NCBI RefSeq assembly: GCF_032444005.1
Contig: NC_091288.1
Location: 201,686,001 to 201,750,000, forward strand
DNA length: 64,000 nucleotides
Source: Ranitomeya imitator
Taxonomy: Eukaryota
Reading direction: 5' to 3'
A program made the translations under genes and the position numbers. Shown here in pieces: positions 1-14,539 of the stretch (position 1 is its first letter; every line of letters begins with the position of its first letter). The notes under the pieces are model-generated. The model ran no database searches and was not told the DNA's origin. It saw only the letters and a list, made by a program, of their open reading frames with translations.

Positions 1-3000
1 TGCCACCACCTCCTCCCCGCAGAGCTGTATGATCAGTGCCACCACCTCCTCCCCGCAGAGCTGTATGATCAGAGCCACCACCTTCTCCCCCGCAGAGCTG
101 TATGATCAGAGCCACCACCCTCTCCCCCGCAGTGCTGTATGATCAGTGCCACCACCTCCTCCCCGCAGAGGTGTATGATCAGTGCCATCACCTCCTCCCC
201 GCAGAGCTGTATGATCAGTGCCACCACCTCCTCCCCGCAGAGCTGTATGATCAGAGCCACCACCTTCTCCCCGCAGAGCTGTATGATCAGTGCCACCACC
301 TTCTCCCCGCAGAGCTGTATGATCAGAGCCACCACCTCCTCCCCGCAGAGCTGTATGATCAGAGCCACCACCTTCTCCCCCGCAGAGCTGTATGATCAGA
401 GCCACCACCCTCTCCCCCGCAGTGCTGTATGATCAGTGCCACCACCTTCTCCCCGCAGAGCTGTATGATCAGTGCCTCCACCTCCTCCCCGCAGAGCTGT
501 ATGATCAGAGCCACCGCCTCCTCCCCGCAGAGCTGTATGATCAGTGCCACCACCTTCTCCCCTGCAGTGCTGTATGATCAGTGCCACCACCTTCTCCCCG
601 CAGAGCTGTATGATCAGTGCCACCACCTCCTCCCTGCAGAGCTGTATGATCAGTGCCACCACCTCCTCCCCGCAGAGCTGTATGATCAGTGCCACCACCT
701 TCTCCCCGCAGAGCTGTATGATCAGAGCCTCCACCTCCTCCCCGCAGAGCTGTATGATCAGTGCCTCCACCTCCTCCCCGCAGAGCTGTATGATCAGTGC
801 CTCCACCTCCTCCCAGCAGACCTGTATGATCAGTGCCTCCACCTCCTCCCCGCAGAGCTGTATGATCAGAGCCACCACCTCCTCCCTGCAGAGCTGTATG
901 ATCAGTGCCACCACCTCCTCCCCTCAGAGATGTATGATCAGTGCCACCACCTCCTCCCCGCAGAGCTGTATGATCAGTGCCACTACCTTCTCCCCGCAGA
1001 ACTGTATGATCAGTGCCACCGCCTCCTCCCCGCAGAGCTGTATGATCAGTGCCACCACCTCCTCCCCTCAGAGATGTATGATCAGTGCCACCACCTCCTC
1101 CCCTCAGAGATGTATGATCAGTGCCACCACCTCCTCCCCGCAGAACTGTATGATCAGTGCCACCACCTCCTCCCCGCAGAGCTGTATGATCAGTGCCACC
1201 ACCTCCTCCCAGCAGAGCTGTATGATCAGAGCCACCGCCTCCTCCCCGCAGAGCTGTATGATCAGTGCCACCACCTCCTCCCCGCAGAGCTGTATGATCA
1301 GTGCCACCACCTCCTCCCCGCAGAGCTGTATGATCAGAGCCACCACCTCCTCCCCGCAGAGCTGTATGATCAGTGCCACCACCTACTCCCCGCAGAGCTG
1401 TATGATCAGTGCCTCCACCTCCTCCCCGCAGAGCTGTATGATCAGTGCCTCCACCTCCTCCCCGCAGAGCTGTATGATCAGTGCCTCCACCTCCTCCCCG
1501 CAGACCTGTATGATCAGTGCCTCCACCTCCTCCCCGCAGAGCTGTATGATCAGAGCCACCGCCTCCTCCCCGCAGAGCTGTATGATCAGTGCCTCCACCT
1601 CCTCCCCGCAGAGCTGTATGATCAGTGCCTCCACCTCCTCCCCGCAGAGCTGTATGATCAGCGCCTCCACCTCCTCCCCGCAGAGCTGTATGATCAGAGC
1701 CACCACCTCCTCCCCGCAGAGCTGTATGATCAGTGCCTCCACCTCCTCCCCGCAGAGCTGTATGATCAGTGCCACCACCTTCTCCCCGCAGAGCTGTATG
1801 ATCAGAGCCACCACCTCCTCCCCGCAAAGCTGTATGATCAGTGCCTCCACCTCCTCCCCGCAGAGCTGTATGATCAGAGCCACCACCTCCTCCCCGCAGA
1901 GCTGTATGATCAGTGCCTCCACCTCCTCCCCGCAGAGCTGTATGATCAGTGCCTCCACCTCCTCCCCGCAGAGCTGTATGATCAGTGCCACCTCCTCCTC
2001 CCCGCAGAGCTGTATGATCAGTGCCACCACCTCCTCCCCGCAGAGCTGTATGATCAGTGCCACCACCTTCTCTCCGCAGAGCTGTATGATCAGTGCCACC
2101 ACCTCCTCCCCGCAGAGCTGTATGATCAGTGCCTCCATCTCCTCCCCGCAGAGCTGTATGATCAGTGCCACCACCTTCTCCCCGCAGAGCTGTATGATCA
2201 GTGCCACCACCTCCTCCCCGCAGAGCTGTATGATCAGTGCCTCCACCTCCTCCCCGCAGAGCTGTATGATCAGTGCCTCCACCTCCTCCCCGCAGAGCTG
2301 TATGATCAGAGCCACCACCTCCTCCTCGCAGAGCTGTATGATCAGTGCCATCACCTCCTCCCCGCAAAGCTGTATGATCAGAGCCACTACCTCCTCCCCG
2401 CAGAGCTGTATGATCAGTGCCATCACCTCCTCCCCGCAGAGCTGTATGATCAGTGCCACCACCTCCTCCCCGCAGAGCTGTATGATCAGAGCCACCACCT
2501 CCTCCCCGCAGAGCTGTATGATCAGAGCCACCACCTTCTCCCCCGCAGAGCTGTATGATCAGAGCCACCACCCTCTCCCCCGCAGTGCTGTATGATCAGT
2601 GCCACCACCTCCTCCCCGCAGAGCTGTATGATCAGTGCCATCACCTCCTCCCCGCAGAGCTGTATGATCAGTGCCACCACCTCCTCCCCGCAGAGCTGTA
2701 TGATCAGAGCCACCACCTTCTCCCCGCAGAGCTGTATGATCAGTGCCACCACCTTCTCCCCGCAGAGCTGTATGATCAGAGCCACCACCTCCTCCCCGCA
2801 GAGCTGTATGATCAGAGCCACCACCTTCTCCCCCGCAGAGCTGTATGATCAGAGCCACCACCCTCTCCCCCGCAGTGCTGTATGATCAGTGCCACCACCT
2901 CCTCCCCGCAGAGCTGTATGATCAGAGCCACCACCTCCTCCCCGCAGAGCTGTATGATCAGTGCCACCACCTTCTCCCCCGCAGTGCTGTATGATCAGTG

Positions 3001-6000
3001 CCACCACCTCCCCGCAGAGCTGTATGATCAGTGCCACCACCTCCCCGCAGAGCTGTATGATCAGTGCCACCACCTCCTCCCCGCAGAGCTGTATGATCAG
3101 TGCCTCCACCTCCTCCCCGCAGAGCTTTATGATCAGAGCCACCGCCTCCTCCCCGCAGAGCTGTATGATCAGTGCCACCACCTTCTCCCCTGCAGAGCTG
3201 TATGATCAGAGCCACCACCCTCTCCCCCGCAGTGCTGTATGATCAGTGCCACCACCTCCTCCCCGCAGAGCTGTATGATCAGAGCCACCACCTCCTCCCC
3301 GCAGAGCTGTATGATCAGTGCCACCACCTTCTCCCCCGCAGTGCTGTATGATCAGTGCCACCACCTTCTCCCCTGCAGAGCTGTATGATCAGTGCCACCA
3401 CCTCCTCCCCGCAGAGCTGTATGATCAGTGCCTCCACCTCCTCCCCGCAGAGCTGTATGATCAGAGCCACCACCTTCTCCTCGCAGAGCTGTATGATCAG
3501 TGCCATCACCTCCTCCCCGCAGAGCTGTATGATCAGTGCCACCGCCTCCTCCCCGCAGAGCTGTATGATCAGCGCCTCCACCTCCTCCCCGCAGAGCTGT
3601 ATGATCAGAGCCACCACCTCCTCCCCGCAGAGCTGTATGATCAGTGCCTCCACCTCCTCCCCGCAGAGCTGTATGATCAGTGCCACCACCTCCTCCCCGC
3701 AGAGCTGTATGATCAGTGCCACCACCTCCTCCCCGCAGAGCTGTATGATCAGAGCCACCACCTTCTCCCCCGCAGAGCTGTATGATCAGAGCCACCACCC
3801 TCTCCCCCGCAGTGCTGTATGATCAGTGCCACCACCTCCTCCCCGCAGAGGTGTATGATCAGTGCCATCACCTCCTCCCCGCAGAGCTGTATGATCAGTG
3901 CCACCACCTCCTCCCCGCAGAGCTGTATGATCAGAGCCACCACCTTCTCCCCGCAGAGCTGTATGATCAGTGCCACCACCTTCTCCCCGCAGAGCTGTAT
4001 GATCAGAGCCACCACCTCCTCCCCGCAGAGCTGTATGATCAGAGCCACCACCTTCTCCCCCGCAGAGCTGTATGATCAGAGCCACCACCCTCTCCCCCGC
4101 AGTGCTGTATGATCAGTGCCACCACCTTCTCCCCGCAGAGCTGTATGATCAGTGCCTCCACCTCCTCCCCGCAGAGCTGTATGATCAGAGCCACCGCCTC
4201 CTCCCCGCAGAGCTGTATGATCAGTGCCACCACCTTCTCCCCTGCAGTGCTGTATGATCAGTGCCACCACCTTCTCCCCGCAGAGCTGTATGATCAGTGC
4301 CACCACCTCCTCCCTGCAGAGCTGTATGATCAGTGCCACCACCTCCTCCCCGCAGAGCTGTATGATCAGTGCCACCACCTTCTCCCCGCAGAGCTGTATG
4401 ATCAGAGCCTCCACCTCCTCCCCGCAGAGCTGTATGATCAGTGCCTCCACCTCCTCCCCGCAGAGCTGTATGACCAGTGCCTCCACCTCCTCCCAGCAGA
4501 CCTGTATGATCAGTGCCTCCACCTCCTCCCCGCAGAGCTGTATGATCAGAGCCACCACCTCCTCCCTGCAGAGCTGTATGATCAGTGCCACCACCTCCTC
4601 CCCTCAGAGATGTATGATCAGTGCCACCACCTCCTCCCCGCAGAGCTGTATGATCAGTGCCACTACCTTCTCCCCGCAGAACTGTATGATCAGTGCCACC
4701 GCCTCCTCCCCGCAGAGCTGTATGATCAGTGCCACCACCTCCTCCCCTCAGAGATGTATGATCAGTGCCACCACCTCCTCCCCTCAGAGATGTATGATCA
4801 GTGCCACCACCTCCTCCCCGCAGAACTGTATGATCAGTGCCACCACCTCCTCCCCGCAGAGCTGTATGATCAGTGCCACCACCTCCTCCCAGCAGAGCTG
4901 TATGATCAGAGCCACCGCCTCCTCCCCGCAGAGCTGTATGATCAGTGCCACCACCTCCTCCCCGCAGAGCTGTATGATCAGTGCCACCACCTCCTCCCCG
5001 CAGAGCTGTATGATCAGAGCCACCACCTCCTCCCCGCAGAGCTGTATGATCAGTGCCACCACCTACTCCCCGCAGAGCTGTATGATCAGTGCCTCCACCT
5101 CCTCCCCGCAGAGCTGTATGATCAGTGCCTCCACCTCCTCCCCGCAGAGCTGTATGATCAGTGCCTCCACCTCCTCCCCGCAGACCTGTATGATCAGTGC
5201 CTCCACCTCCTCCCCGCAGAGCTGTATGATCAGAGCCACCGCCTCCTCCCCGCAGAGCTGTATGATCAGTGCCTCCACCTCCTCCCCGCAGAGCTGTATG
5301 ATCAGTGCCTCCACCTCCTCCCCGCAGAGCTGTATGATCAGCGCCTCCACCTCCTCCCCGCAGAGCTGTATGATCAGAGCCACCACCTCCTCCCCGCAGA
5401 GCTGTATGATCAGTGCCTCCACCTCCTCCCCGCAGAGCTGTATGATCAGTGCCACCACCTTCTCCCCGCAGAGCTGTATGATCAGAGCCACCACCTCCTC
5501 CCCGCAAAGCTGTATGATCAGTGCCTCCACCTCCTCCCCGCAGAGCTGTATGATCAGAGCCACCACCTCCTCCCCGCAGAGCTGTATGATCAGTGCCTCC
5601 ACCTCCTCCCCGCAGAGCTGTATGATCAGTGCCTCCACCTCCTCCCCGCAGAGCTGTATGATCAGTGCCAGCTCCTCCTCCCCGCAGAGCTGTATGATCA
5701 GTGCCACCACCTCCTCCCCGCAGAGCTGTATGATCAGTGCCACCACCTTCTCTCCGCAGAGCTGTATGATCAGTGCCACCACCTCCTCCCCGCAGAGCTG
5801 TATGATCAGTGCCTCCATCTCCTCCCCGCAGAGCTGTATGATCAGTGCCACCACCTTCTCCCCGCAGAGCTGTATGATCAGTGCCACCACCTCCTCCCCG
5901 CAGAGCTGTATGATCAGTGCCTCCACCTCCTCCCCGCAGAGCTGTATGATCAGTGCCTCCACCTCCTCCCCGCAGAGCTGTATGATCAGAGCCACCACCT

Positions 6001-9000
6001 CCTCCTCGCAGAGCTGTATGATCAGTGCCATCACCTCCTCCCCGCAAAGCTGTATGATCAGAGCCACTACCTCCTCCCCGCAGAGCTGTATGATCAGTGC
6101 CATCACCTCCTCCCCGCAGAGCTGTATGATCAGTGCCTCCACCTCCTCCCCGCAGAGCTGTATGATCAGAGCCACCACCTTCTCCCCGCAGAGCTGTATG
6201 ATCAGTGCCACCACCTTCTCCCCGCAGAGCTGTATGATCAGAGCCACCACCTCCTCCCCGCAGAGCTGTATGATCAGAGCCACCACCTTCTCCCCGCAGA
6301 GCTGTATGATCAGAGCCACCACCTCCTCCCCGCAGAGCTGTATGATCAGAGCCACCACCTTCTCCCCCGCAGAGCTGTATGATCAGAGCCACCACCCTCT
6401 CCCCCGCAGTGCTGTATGATCAGTGCCACCACCTCCTCCCCGCAGAGCTGTATGATCAGTGCCATCACCTCCTCCCCGCAGAGCTGTATGATCAGTGCCA
6501 CCACCTCCTCCCCGCAGAGCTGTATGATCAGAGCCACCACCTTCTCCCCGCAGAGCTGTATGATCAGTGCCACCACCTTCTCCCCGCAGAGCTGTATGAT
6601 CAGAGCCACCACCTCCTCCCCGCAGAGCTGTATGATCAGAGCCACCACCTTCTCCCCCGCAGAGCTGTATGATCAGAGCCACCACCCTCTCCCCCGCAGT
6701 GCTGTATGATCAGTGCCACCACCTCCTCCCCGCAGAGCTGTATGATCAGAGCCACCACCTCCTCCCCGCAGAGCTGTATGATCAGTGCCACCACCTTCTC
6801 CTCCGCAGTGCTGTATGATCAGTGCCACCACCTCCCCGCAGAGCTGTATGATCAGTGCCACCACCTCCCCGCAGAGCTGTATGATCAGTGCCACCACCTC
6901 CTCCCCGCAGAGCTGTATGATCAGTGCCTCCACCTCCTCCCCGCAGAGCTTTATGATCAGAGCCACCGCCTCCTCCCCGCAGAGCTGTATGATCAGTGCC
7001 ACCACCTTCTCCCCTGCAGAGCTGTATGATCAGAGCCACCACCCTCTCCCCCGCAGTGCTGTATGATCAGTGCCACCACCTCCTCCCCGCAGAGCTGTAT
7101 GATCAGTGCCACCACCTCCTCCCTGCAGAGCTGTATGATCAGTGCCACCACCTCCTCCCCGCAGAGCTGTATGATCAGTGCCACCACCTCCTCCCTGCAG
7201 AGCTGTATGATCAGTGCCACCACCTCCTCCCTGCAGAGCTGTATGATCAGAGCCACCACCTCCTCCCTGCAGAGCTGTATGATCAGTGCCACCACCTCCT
7301 CCCTGCAGAGCTGTATGATCAGTGCCACCACCTCCTCCCTGCAGAGCTGTATGATCAGTGCCACCACCTCCTCCCCGCAGAGCTGTATGATCAGTGCCTC
7401 CACCTCCTCCCCGCAGAGCTTTATGATCAGAGCCACCGCCTCCTCCCCGCAGAGCTGTATGATCAGTGCCACCACCTTCTCCCCTGCAGAGCTGTATGAT
7501 CAGAGCCACCACCCTCTCCCCCGCAGTGCTGTATGATCAGTGCCACCACCTCCTCCCCGCAGAGCTGTATGATCAGAGCCACCACCTCCTCCCCGCAGAG
7601 CTGTATGATCAGTGCCACCACCTTCTCCCCCGCAGTGCTGTATGATCAGTGCCACCACCTTCTCCCCTGCAGAGCTGTATGATCAGTGCCACCACCTCCT
7701 CCCCGCAGAGCTGTATGATCAGTGCCTCCACCTCCTCCCCGCAGAGCTGTATGATCAGAGCCACCACCTCCTCCTCGCAGAGCTGTATGATCAGTGCCAT
7801 CACCTCCTCCCCGCAGAGCTGTATGATCAGTGCCACCGCCTCCTCCCCGCAGAGCTGTATGATCAGCGCCTCCACCTCCTCCCCGCAGAGCTGTATGATC
7901 AGAGCCACCACCTCCTCCCCGCAGAGCTGTATGATCAGTGCCTCCACCTCCTCCCCGCAGAGCTGTATGATCAGTGCCACCACCTCCTCCCCGCAGAGCT
8001 GTATGATCAGTGCCACCACCTCCTCCCCGCAGAGCTGTATGATCAGAGCCACCACCTTCTCCCCCGCAGAGCTGTATGATCAGAGCCACCACCCTCTCCC
8101 CCGCAGTGCTGTATGATCAGTGCCACCACCTCCTCCCCGCAGAGGTGTATGATCAGTGCCATCACCTCCTCCCCGCAGAGCTGTATGATCAGTGCCACCA
8201 CCTCCTCCCCGCAGAGCTGTATGATCAGAGCCACCACCTTCTCCCCGCAGAGCTGTATGATCAGTGCCACCACCTTCTCCCCGCAGAGCTGTATGATCAG
8301 AGCCACCACCTCCTCCCCGCAGAGCTGTATGATCAGAGCCACCACCTTCTCCCCCGCAGAGCTGTATGATCAGAGCCACCACCCTCTCCCCCGCAGTGCT
8401 GTATGATCAGTGCCACCACCTTCTCCCCGCAGAGCTGTATGATCAGTGCCTCCACCTCCTCCCCGCAGAGCTGTATGATCAGAGCCACCGCCTCCTCCCC
8501 GCAGAGCTGTATGATCAGTGCCACCACCTTCTCCCCTGCAGTGCTGTATGATCAGTGCCACCACCTTCTCCCCGCAGAGCTGTATGATCAGTGCCACCAC
8601 CTCCTCCCTGCAGAGCTGTATGATCAGTGCCACCACCTCCTCCCCGCAGAGCTGTATGATCAGTGCCACCACCTTCTCCCCGCAGAGCTGTATGATCAGA
8701 GCCTCCACCTCCTCCCCGCAGAGCTGTATGATCAGTGCCTCCACCTCCTCCCCGCAGAGCTGTATGACCAGTGCCTCCACCTCCTCCCAGCAGACCTGTA
8801 TGATCAGTGCCTCCACCTCCTCCCCGCAGAGCTGTATGATCAGAGCCACCACCTCCTCCCTGCAGAGCTGTATGATCAGTGCCACCACCTCCTCCCCTCA
8901 GAGATGTATGATCAGTGCCACCACCTCCTCCCCGCAGAGCTGTATGATCAGTGCCACTACCTTCTCCCCGCAGAACTGTATGATCAGTGCCACCGCCTCC

Positions 9001-11720
9001 TCCCCGCAGAGCTGTATGATCAGTGCCACCACCTCCTCCCCTCAGAGATGTATGATCAGTGCCACCACCTCCTCCCCTCAGAGATGTATGATCAGTGCCA
9101 CCACCTCCTCCCCGCAGAACTGTATGATCAGTGCCACCACCTCCTCCCCGCAGAGCTGTATGATCAGTGCCACCACCTCCTCCCAGCAGAGCTGTATGAT
9201 CAGAGCCACCGCCTCCTCCCCGCAGAGCTGTATGATCAGTGCCACCACCTCCTCCCCGCAGAGCTGTATGATCAGTGCCACCACCTCCTCCCCGCAGAGC
9301 TGTATGATCAGAGCCACCACCTCCTCCCCGCAGAGCTGTATGATCAGTGCCACCACCTACTCCCCGCAGAGCTGTATGATCAGTGCCTCCACCTCCTCCC
9401 CGCAGAGCTGTATGATCAGTGCCTCCACCTCCTCCCCGCAGAGCTGTATGATCAGTGCCTCCACCTCCTCCCCGCAGACCTGTATGATCAGTGCCTCCAC
9501 CTCCTCCCCGCAGAGCTGTATGATCAGAGCCACCGCCTCCTCCCCGCAGAGCTGTATGATCAGTGCCTCCACCTCCTCCCCGCAGAGCTGTATGATCAGT
9601 GCCTCCACCTCCTCCCCGCAGAGCTGTATGATCAGCGCCTCCACCTCCTCCCCGCAGAGCTGTATGATCAGAGCCACCACCTCCTCCCCGCAGAGCTGTA
9701 TGATCAGTGCCTCCACCTCCTCCCCGCAGAGCTGTATGATCAGTGCCACCACCTTCTCCCCGCAGAGCTGTATGATCAGAGCCACCACCTCCTCCCCGCA
9801 AAGCTGTATGATCAGTGCCTCCACCTCCTCCCCGCAGAGCTGTATGATCAGAGCCACCACCTCCTCCCCGCAGAGCTGTATGATCAGTGCCTCCACCTCC
9901 TCCCCGCAGAGCTGTATGATCAGTGCCTCCACCTCCTCCCCGCAGAGCTGTATGATCAGTGCCAGCTCCTCCTCCCCGCAGAGCTGTATGATCAGTGCCA
10001 CCACCTCCTCCCCGCAGAGCTGTATGATCAGTGCCACCACCTTCTCTCCGCAGAGCTGTATGATCAGTGCCACCACCTCCTCCCCGCAGAGCTGTATGAT
10101 CAGTGCCTCCATCTCCTCCCCGCAGAGCTGTATGATCAGTGCCACCACCTTCTCCCCGCAGAGCTGTATGATCAGTGCCACCACCTCCTCCCCGCAGAGC
10201 TGTATGATCAGTGCCTCCACCTCCTCCCCGCAGAGCTGTATGATCAGTGCCTCCACCTCCTCCCCGCAGAGCTGTATGATCAGAGCCACCACCTCCTCCT
10301 CGCAGAGCTGTATGATCAGTGCCATCACCTCCTCCCCGCAAAGCTGTATGATCAGAGCCACTACCTCCTCCCCGCAGAGCTGTATGATCAGTGCCATCAC
10401 CTCCTCCCCGCAGAGCTGTATGATCAGTGCCACCACCTCCTCCCCGCAGAGCTGTATGATCAGAGCCACCACCTTCTCCCCGCAGAGCTGTATGATCAGT
10501 GCCACCACCTTCTCCCCGCAGAGCTGTATGATCAGAGCCACCACCTCCTCCCCGCAGAGCTGTATGATCAGAGCCACCACCTTCTCCCCGCAGAGCTGTA
10601 TGATCAGAGCCACCACCTCCTCCCCGCAGAGCTGTATGATCAGAGCCACCACCTTCTCCCCCGCAGAGCTGTATGATCAGAGCCACCACCCTCTCCCCCG
10701 CAGTGCTGTATGATCAGTGCCACCACCTCCTCCCCGCAGAGCTGTATGATCAGTGCCATCACCTCCTCCCCGCAGAGCTGTATGATCAGTGCCACCACCT
10801 CCTCCCCGCAGAGCTGTATGATCAGAGCCACCACCTTCTCCCCGCAGAGCTGTATGATCAGTGCCACCACCTTCTCCCCGCAGAGCTGTATGATCAGAGC
10901 CACCACCTCCTCCCCGCAGAGCTGTATGATCAGAGCCACCACCTTCTCCCCCGCAGAGCTGTATGATCAGAGCCACCACCCTCTCCCCCGCAGTGCTGTA
11001 TGATCAGTGCCACCACCTCCTCCCCGCAGAGCTGTATGATCAGAGTCACCACCTCCTCCCCGCAGAGCTGTATGATCAGTGCCACCACCTTCTCCTCCGC
11101 AGTGCTGTATGATCAGTGCCACCACCTCCCCGCAGAGCTGTATGATCAGTGCCACCACCTCCCCGCAGAGCTGTATGATCAGTGCCACCACCTCCTCCCC
11201 GCAGAGCTGTATGATCAGTGCCTCCACCTCCTCCCCGCAGAGCTTTATGATCAGAGCCACCGCCTCCTCCCCGCAGAGCTGTATGATCAGTGCCACCACC
11301 TTCTCCCCTGCAGAGCTGTATGATCAGAGCCACCACCCTCTCCCCCGCAGTGCTGTATGATCAGTGCCACCACCTCCTCCCCGCAGAGCTGTATGATCAG
11401 TGCCACCACCTCCTCCCTGCAGAGCTGTATGATCAGTGCCACCACCTCCTCCCCGCAGAGCTGTATGATCAGTGCCACCACCTCCTCCCTGCAGAGCTGT
11501 ATGATCAGTGCCACCACCTCCTCCCTGCAGAGCTGTATGATCAGAGCCACCACCTCCTCCCTGCAGAGCTGTATGATCAGTGCCACCACCTCCTCCCTGC
11601 AGAGCTGTATGATCAGTGCCACCACCTCCTCCCTGCAGAGCTGTATGATCAGTGCCACCACCTCCTCCCTGCAGAGCTGTATGATCAGTGCCACCACCTC
11701 CTCCCCACGGAGCTGTATGA
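1..11720 (+). repeat. 36-bp tandem satellite (GCAGAGCTGTATGATCAG[T/A]GCCACCACCTCCTCCCC, with 33- and 37-bp variants), about 325 copies, open at the left edge
   Basis: Monomer read directly; all ORFs here are 12-aa repeats (PAELYDQCHHLL etc.); array degenerates at about 11701-11720. Confidence 0.98.
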
Positions 11721-11778
11721 TTAGTTCTCGGACTTCTAATGTTTTTAATATAACTGATGCTGGGCGCAGTCTCAGGAT

Positions 11779-11803
11779 GGGGGGGGGGGGGGGGGGGGGG
11801 GGG
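11779..11803 (+). repeat. poly-G run (25 nt)
   Basis: Direct count. Confidence 0.95.
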
Positions 11804-11912
11804 TTGGTGTGATCTGATGATATTGCGGGAGCTGCACTGTACAGCGCTATACACGGGGACATTTGAACGCAGATACATCAGCTGCTCCAGCAGCGGCAAA
11901 TGAGTGATCTGA

Positions 11913-12560
<648 letters not shown>

Positions 12561-12589
12561 ATCTGCCCCGGCTGCGACCACAACACAAA

Positions 12590-12605
12590 GGCTCTTTTCA
12601 GAGCC
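12590..12605 (+). terminator. Histone 3' stem-loop of H3
   Basis: GGCTCT TTTC AGAGCC followed by ACCA, 29 nt after the stop. Confidence 0.97.
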
Positions 12606-13784
12606 ACCAAAGTCTCTCCCAAATGAGCCGAGTCCTGAGCAGTCCCTTTTCTGCGCGTATTCTCCGTGTACGAAGCGCAGGCACGGTCGATCAGTTAATA
12701 GACGGAGGCTGCTGCTTCCGATATTGCAGGTGATCAGCGATATTGGTTATCGCTCTGCACATTCTCTAATCTCGCCCAGTCCAAAAGTGTCCGACATCTG
12801 TAACAAAACCGACGTGTTATAAGGACCGCGTAAAGTGTGTACAGTGCACAACCGGGTTTGCGGTGGTGGATGTGCGGTTCCTATACAGTGCAGACGTAAA
12901 TGGGGTGGATCTGCAGGAACGCGGTCACTATTGAGTTAATGGAGTAAAAGTAATCGGTGATTGGTCGGTTCCTGAGAACGGTTCTTTATGCTGATGTTTT
13001 GTGGTTATTTACCGATCCGCTGGTGGATTTGAAATCCCCGCTCAGTTGCTGCTCGCGCTCCTGAGGATCATAACCGATCACAATCTGCTGTCGCACGCGC
13101 TGGGTCCTAGTGCCGCCTCCTCAGTCTTGCGGCTTTAGGTTGTTCTCTTTTATTCGGATCGGAGATCTCTGCGCTTAGTTTCTGCTAATAACCTCATTTG
13201 TCCCTCAGATCGGTGATGACGCCTTTATGTGATCTATTCTGCCTGACACTGGTCTGAGCAGATCCCTCCCCCGTGTGCTGCGATGGTCGCATTTGTGGTG
13301 GGTGGGTCGTTAAGCAATTCTCGTATATTTGACTTTTCCCATCTTCTCCAGGGCTGGAGCCGCAGGGTGACTGGTTACATGCAGCTCCCTGCTCTGAGGG
13401 ACCGGTAATGGCCGCCAGTCCGGCACCACGTGTAATGATGAGTGACTGCCGGGGATCACGAGTTTTCTGTAGGTTATTGTCCCTAGAATATATTTTTTAT
13501 TCTACTAGCTAACATTTGGCAGAAGCTGGAAACTAGCAACATAAATAACAATGAAAAAAAATCTAAATAACCAACAGATCTAGCAGCGGCGCCGAGATGA
13601 GAAGAATAGAGAAGCGGGGAAATAAGAGCACAATAAGCGGGAAATTCAAAATTAGCAACTGTTCTGTGCTCAACCAATCAGAGACTAAAGGGAGGGGCTA
13701 ACTGCAAATTCAGTACCAGAAATCTCGCCCCGGAAACGCGTCATCTGTACAGTTCTCGCTCCGGTCCGCTCACTCTCTATATAA

Positions 13785-14147
<363 letters not shown>

Positions 14148-14177
14148 TTGTGTTCTCTTCTGTCTTCACAACCCAAA

Positions 14178-14193
14178 GGCTCTTTTCAGAGCC
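14178..14193 (+). terminator. Histone 3' stem-loop of H4
   Basis: GGCTCTTTTCAGAGCC ACCCA. Confidence 0.97.
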
Positions 14194-14539
14194 ACCCACA
14201 TCTTCTAAGTGAGAGGCTGCACCTGACTGCTCGGATCTAACTTCTGCTCTCCCCTGGTGATGTCGCTGTAATGCTGGTAGAACACTCATCGATGCCGACT
14301 TTACTTTCCGTATACTACGGGGTCGGAAACCTTGAATTGTGGCGGATGGTAATTCTGACACTACTCCGCCGTCCCACTAACGTCCTCTGATGCTGTGTGG
14401 GCGGATGGTTCTGTTGCTCTTATCAGAGCCGCCACATTGATAAGAACAAGCTATGATCCCCGCTGTGTGATGCGGCGTCTGCTGTAATATGCGCCTGGAA
14501 GATCATCGGATGGAATATCCACAGCTATATACATTTATA

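Noticed and set aside
1-11720. CRISPR-like array
   Set aside because: No unique spacers; eukaryotic context
69-11899. Dozens of long ORFs (up to 757 aa) in four frames
   Set aside because: The 36-bp unit is a multiple of 3 and lacks stops in those frames; the products are pure 12-aa repeats
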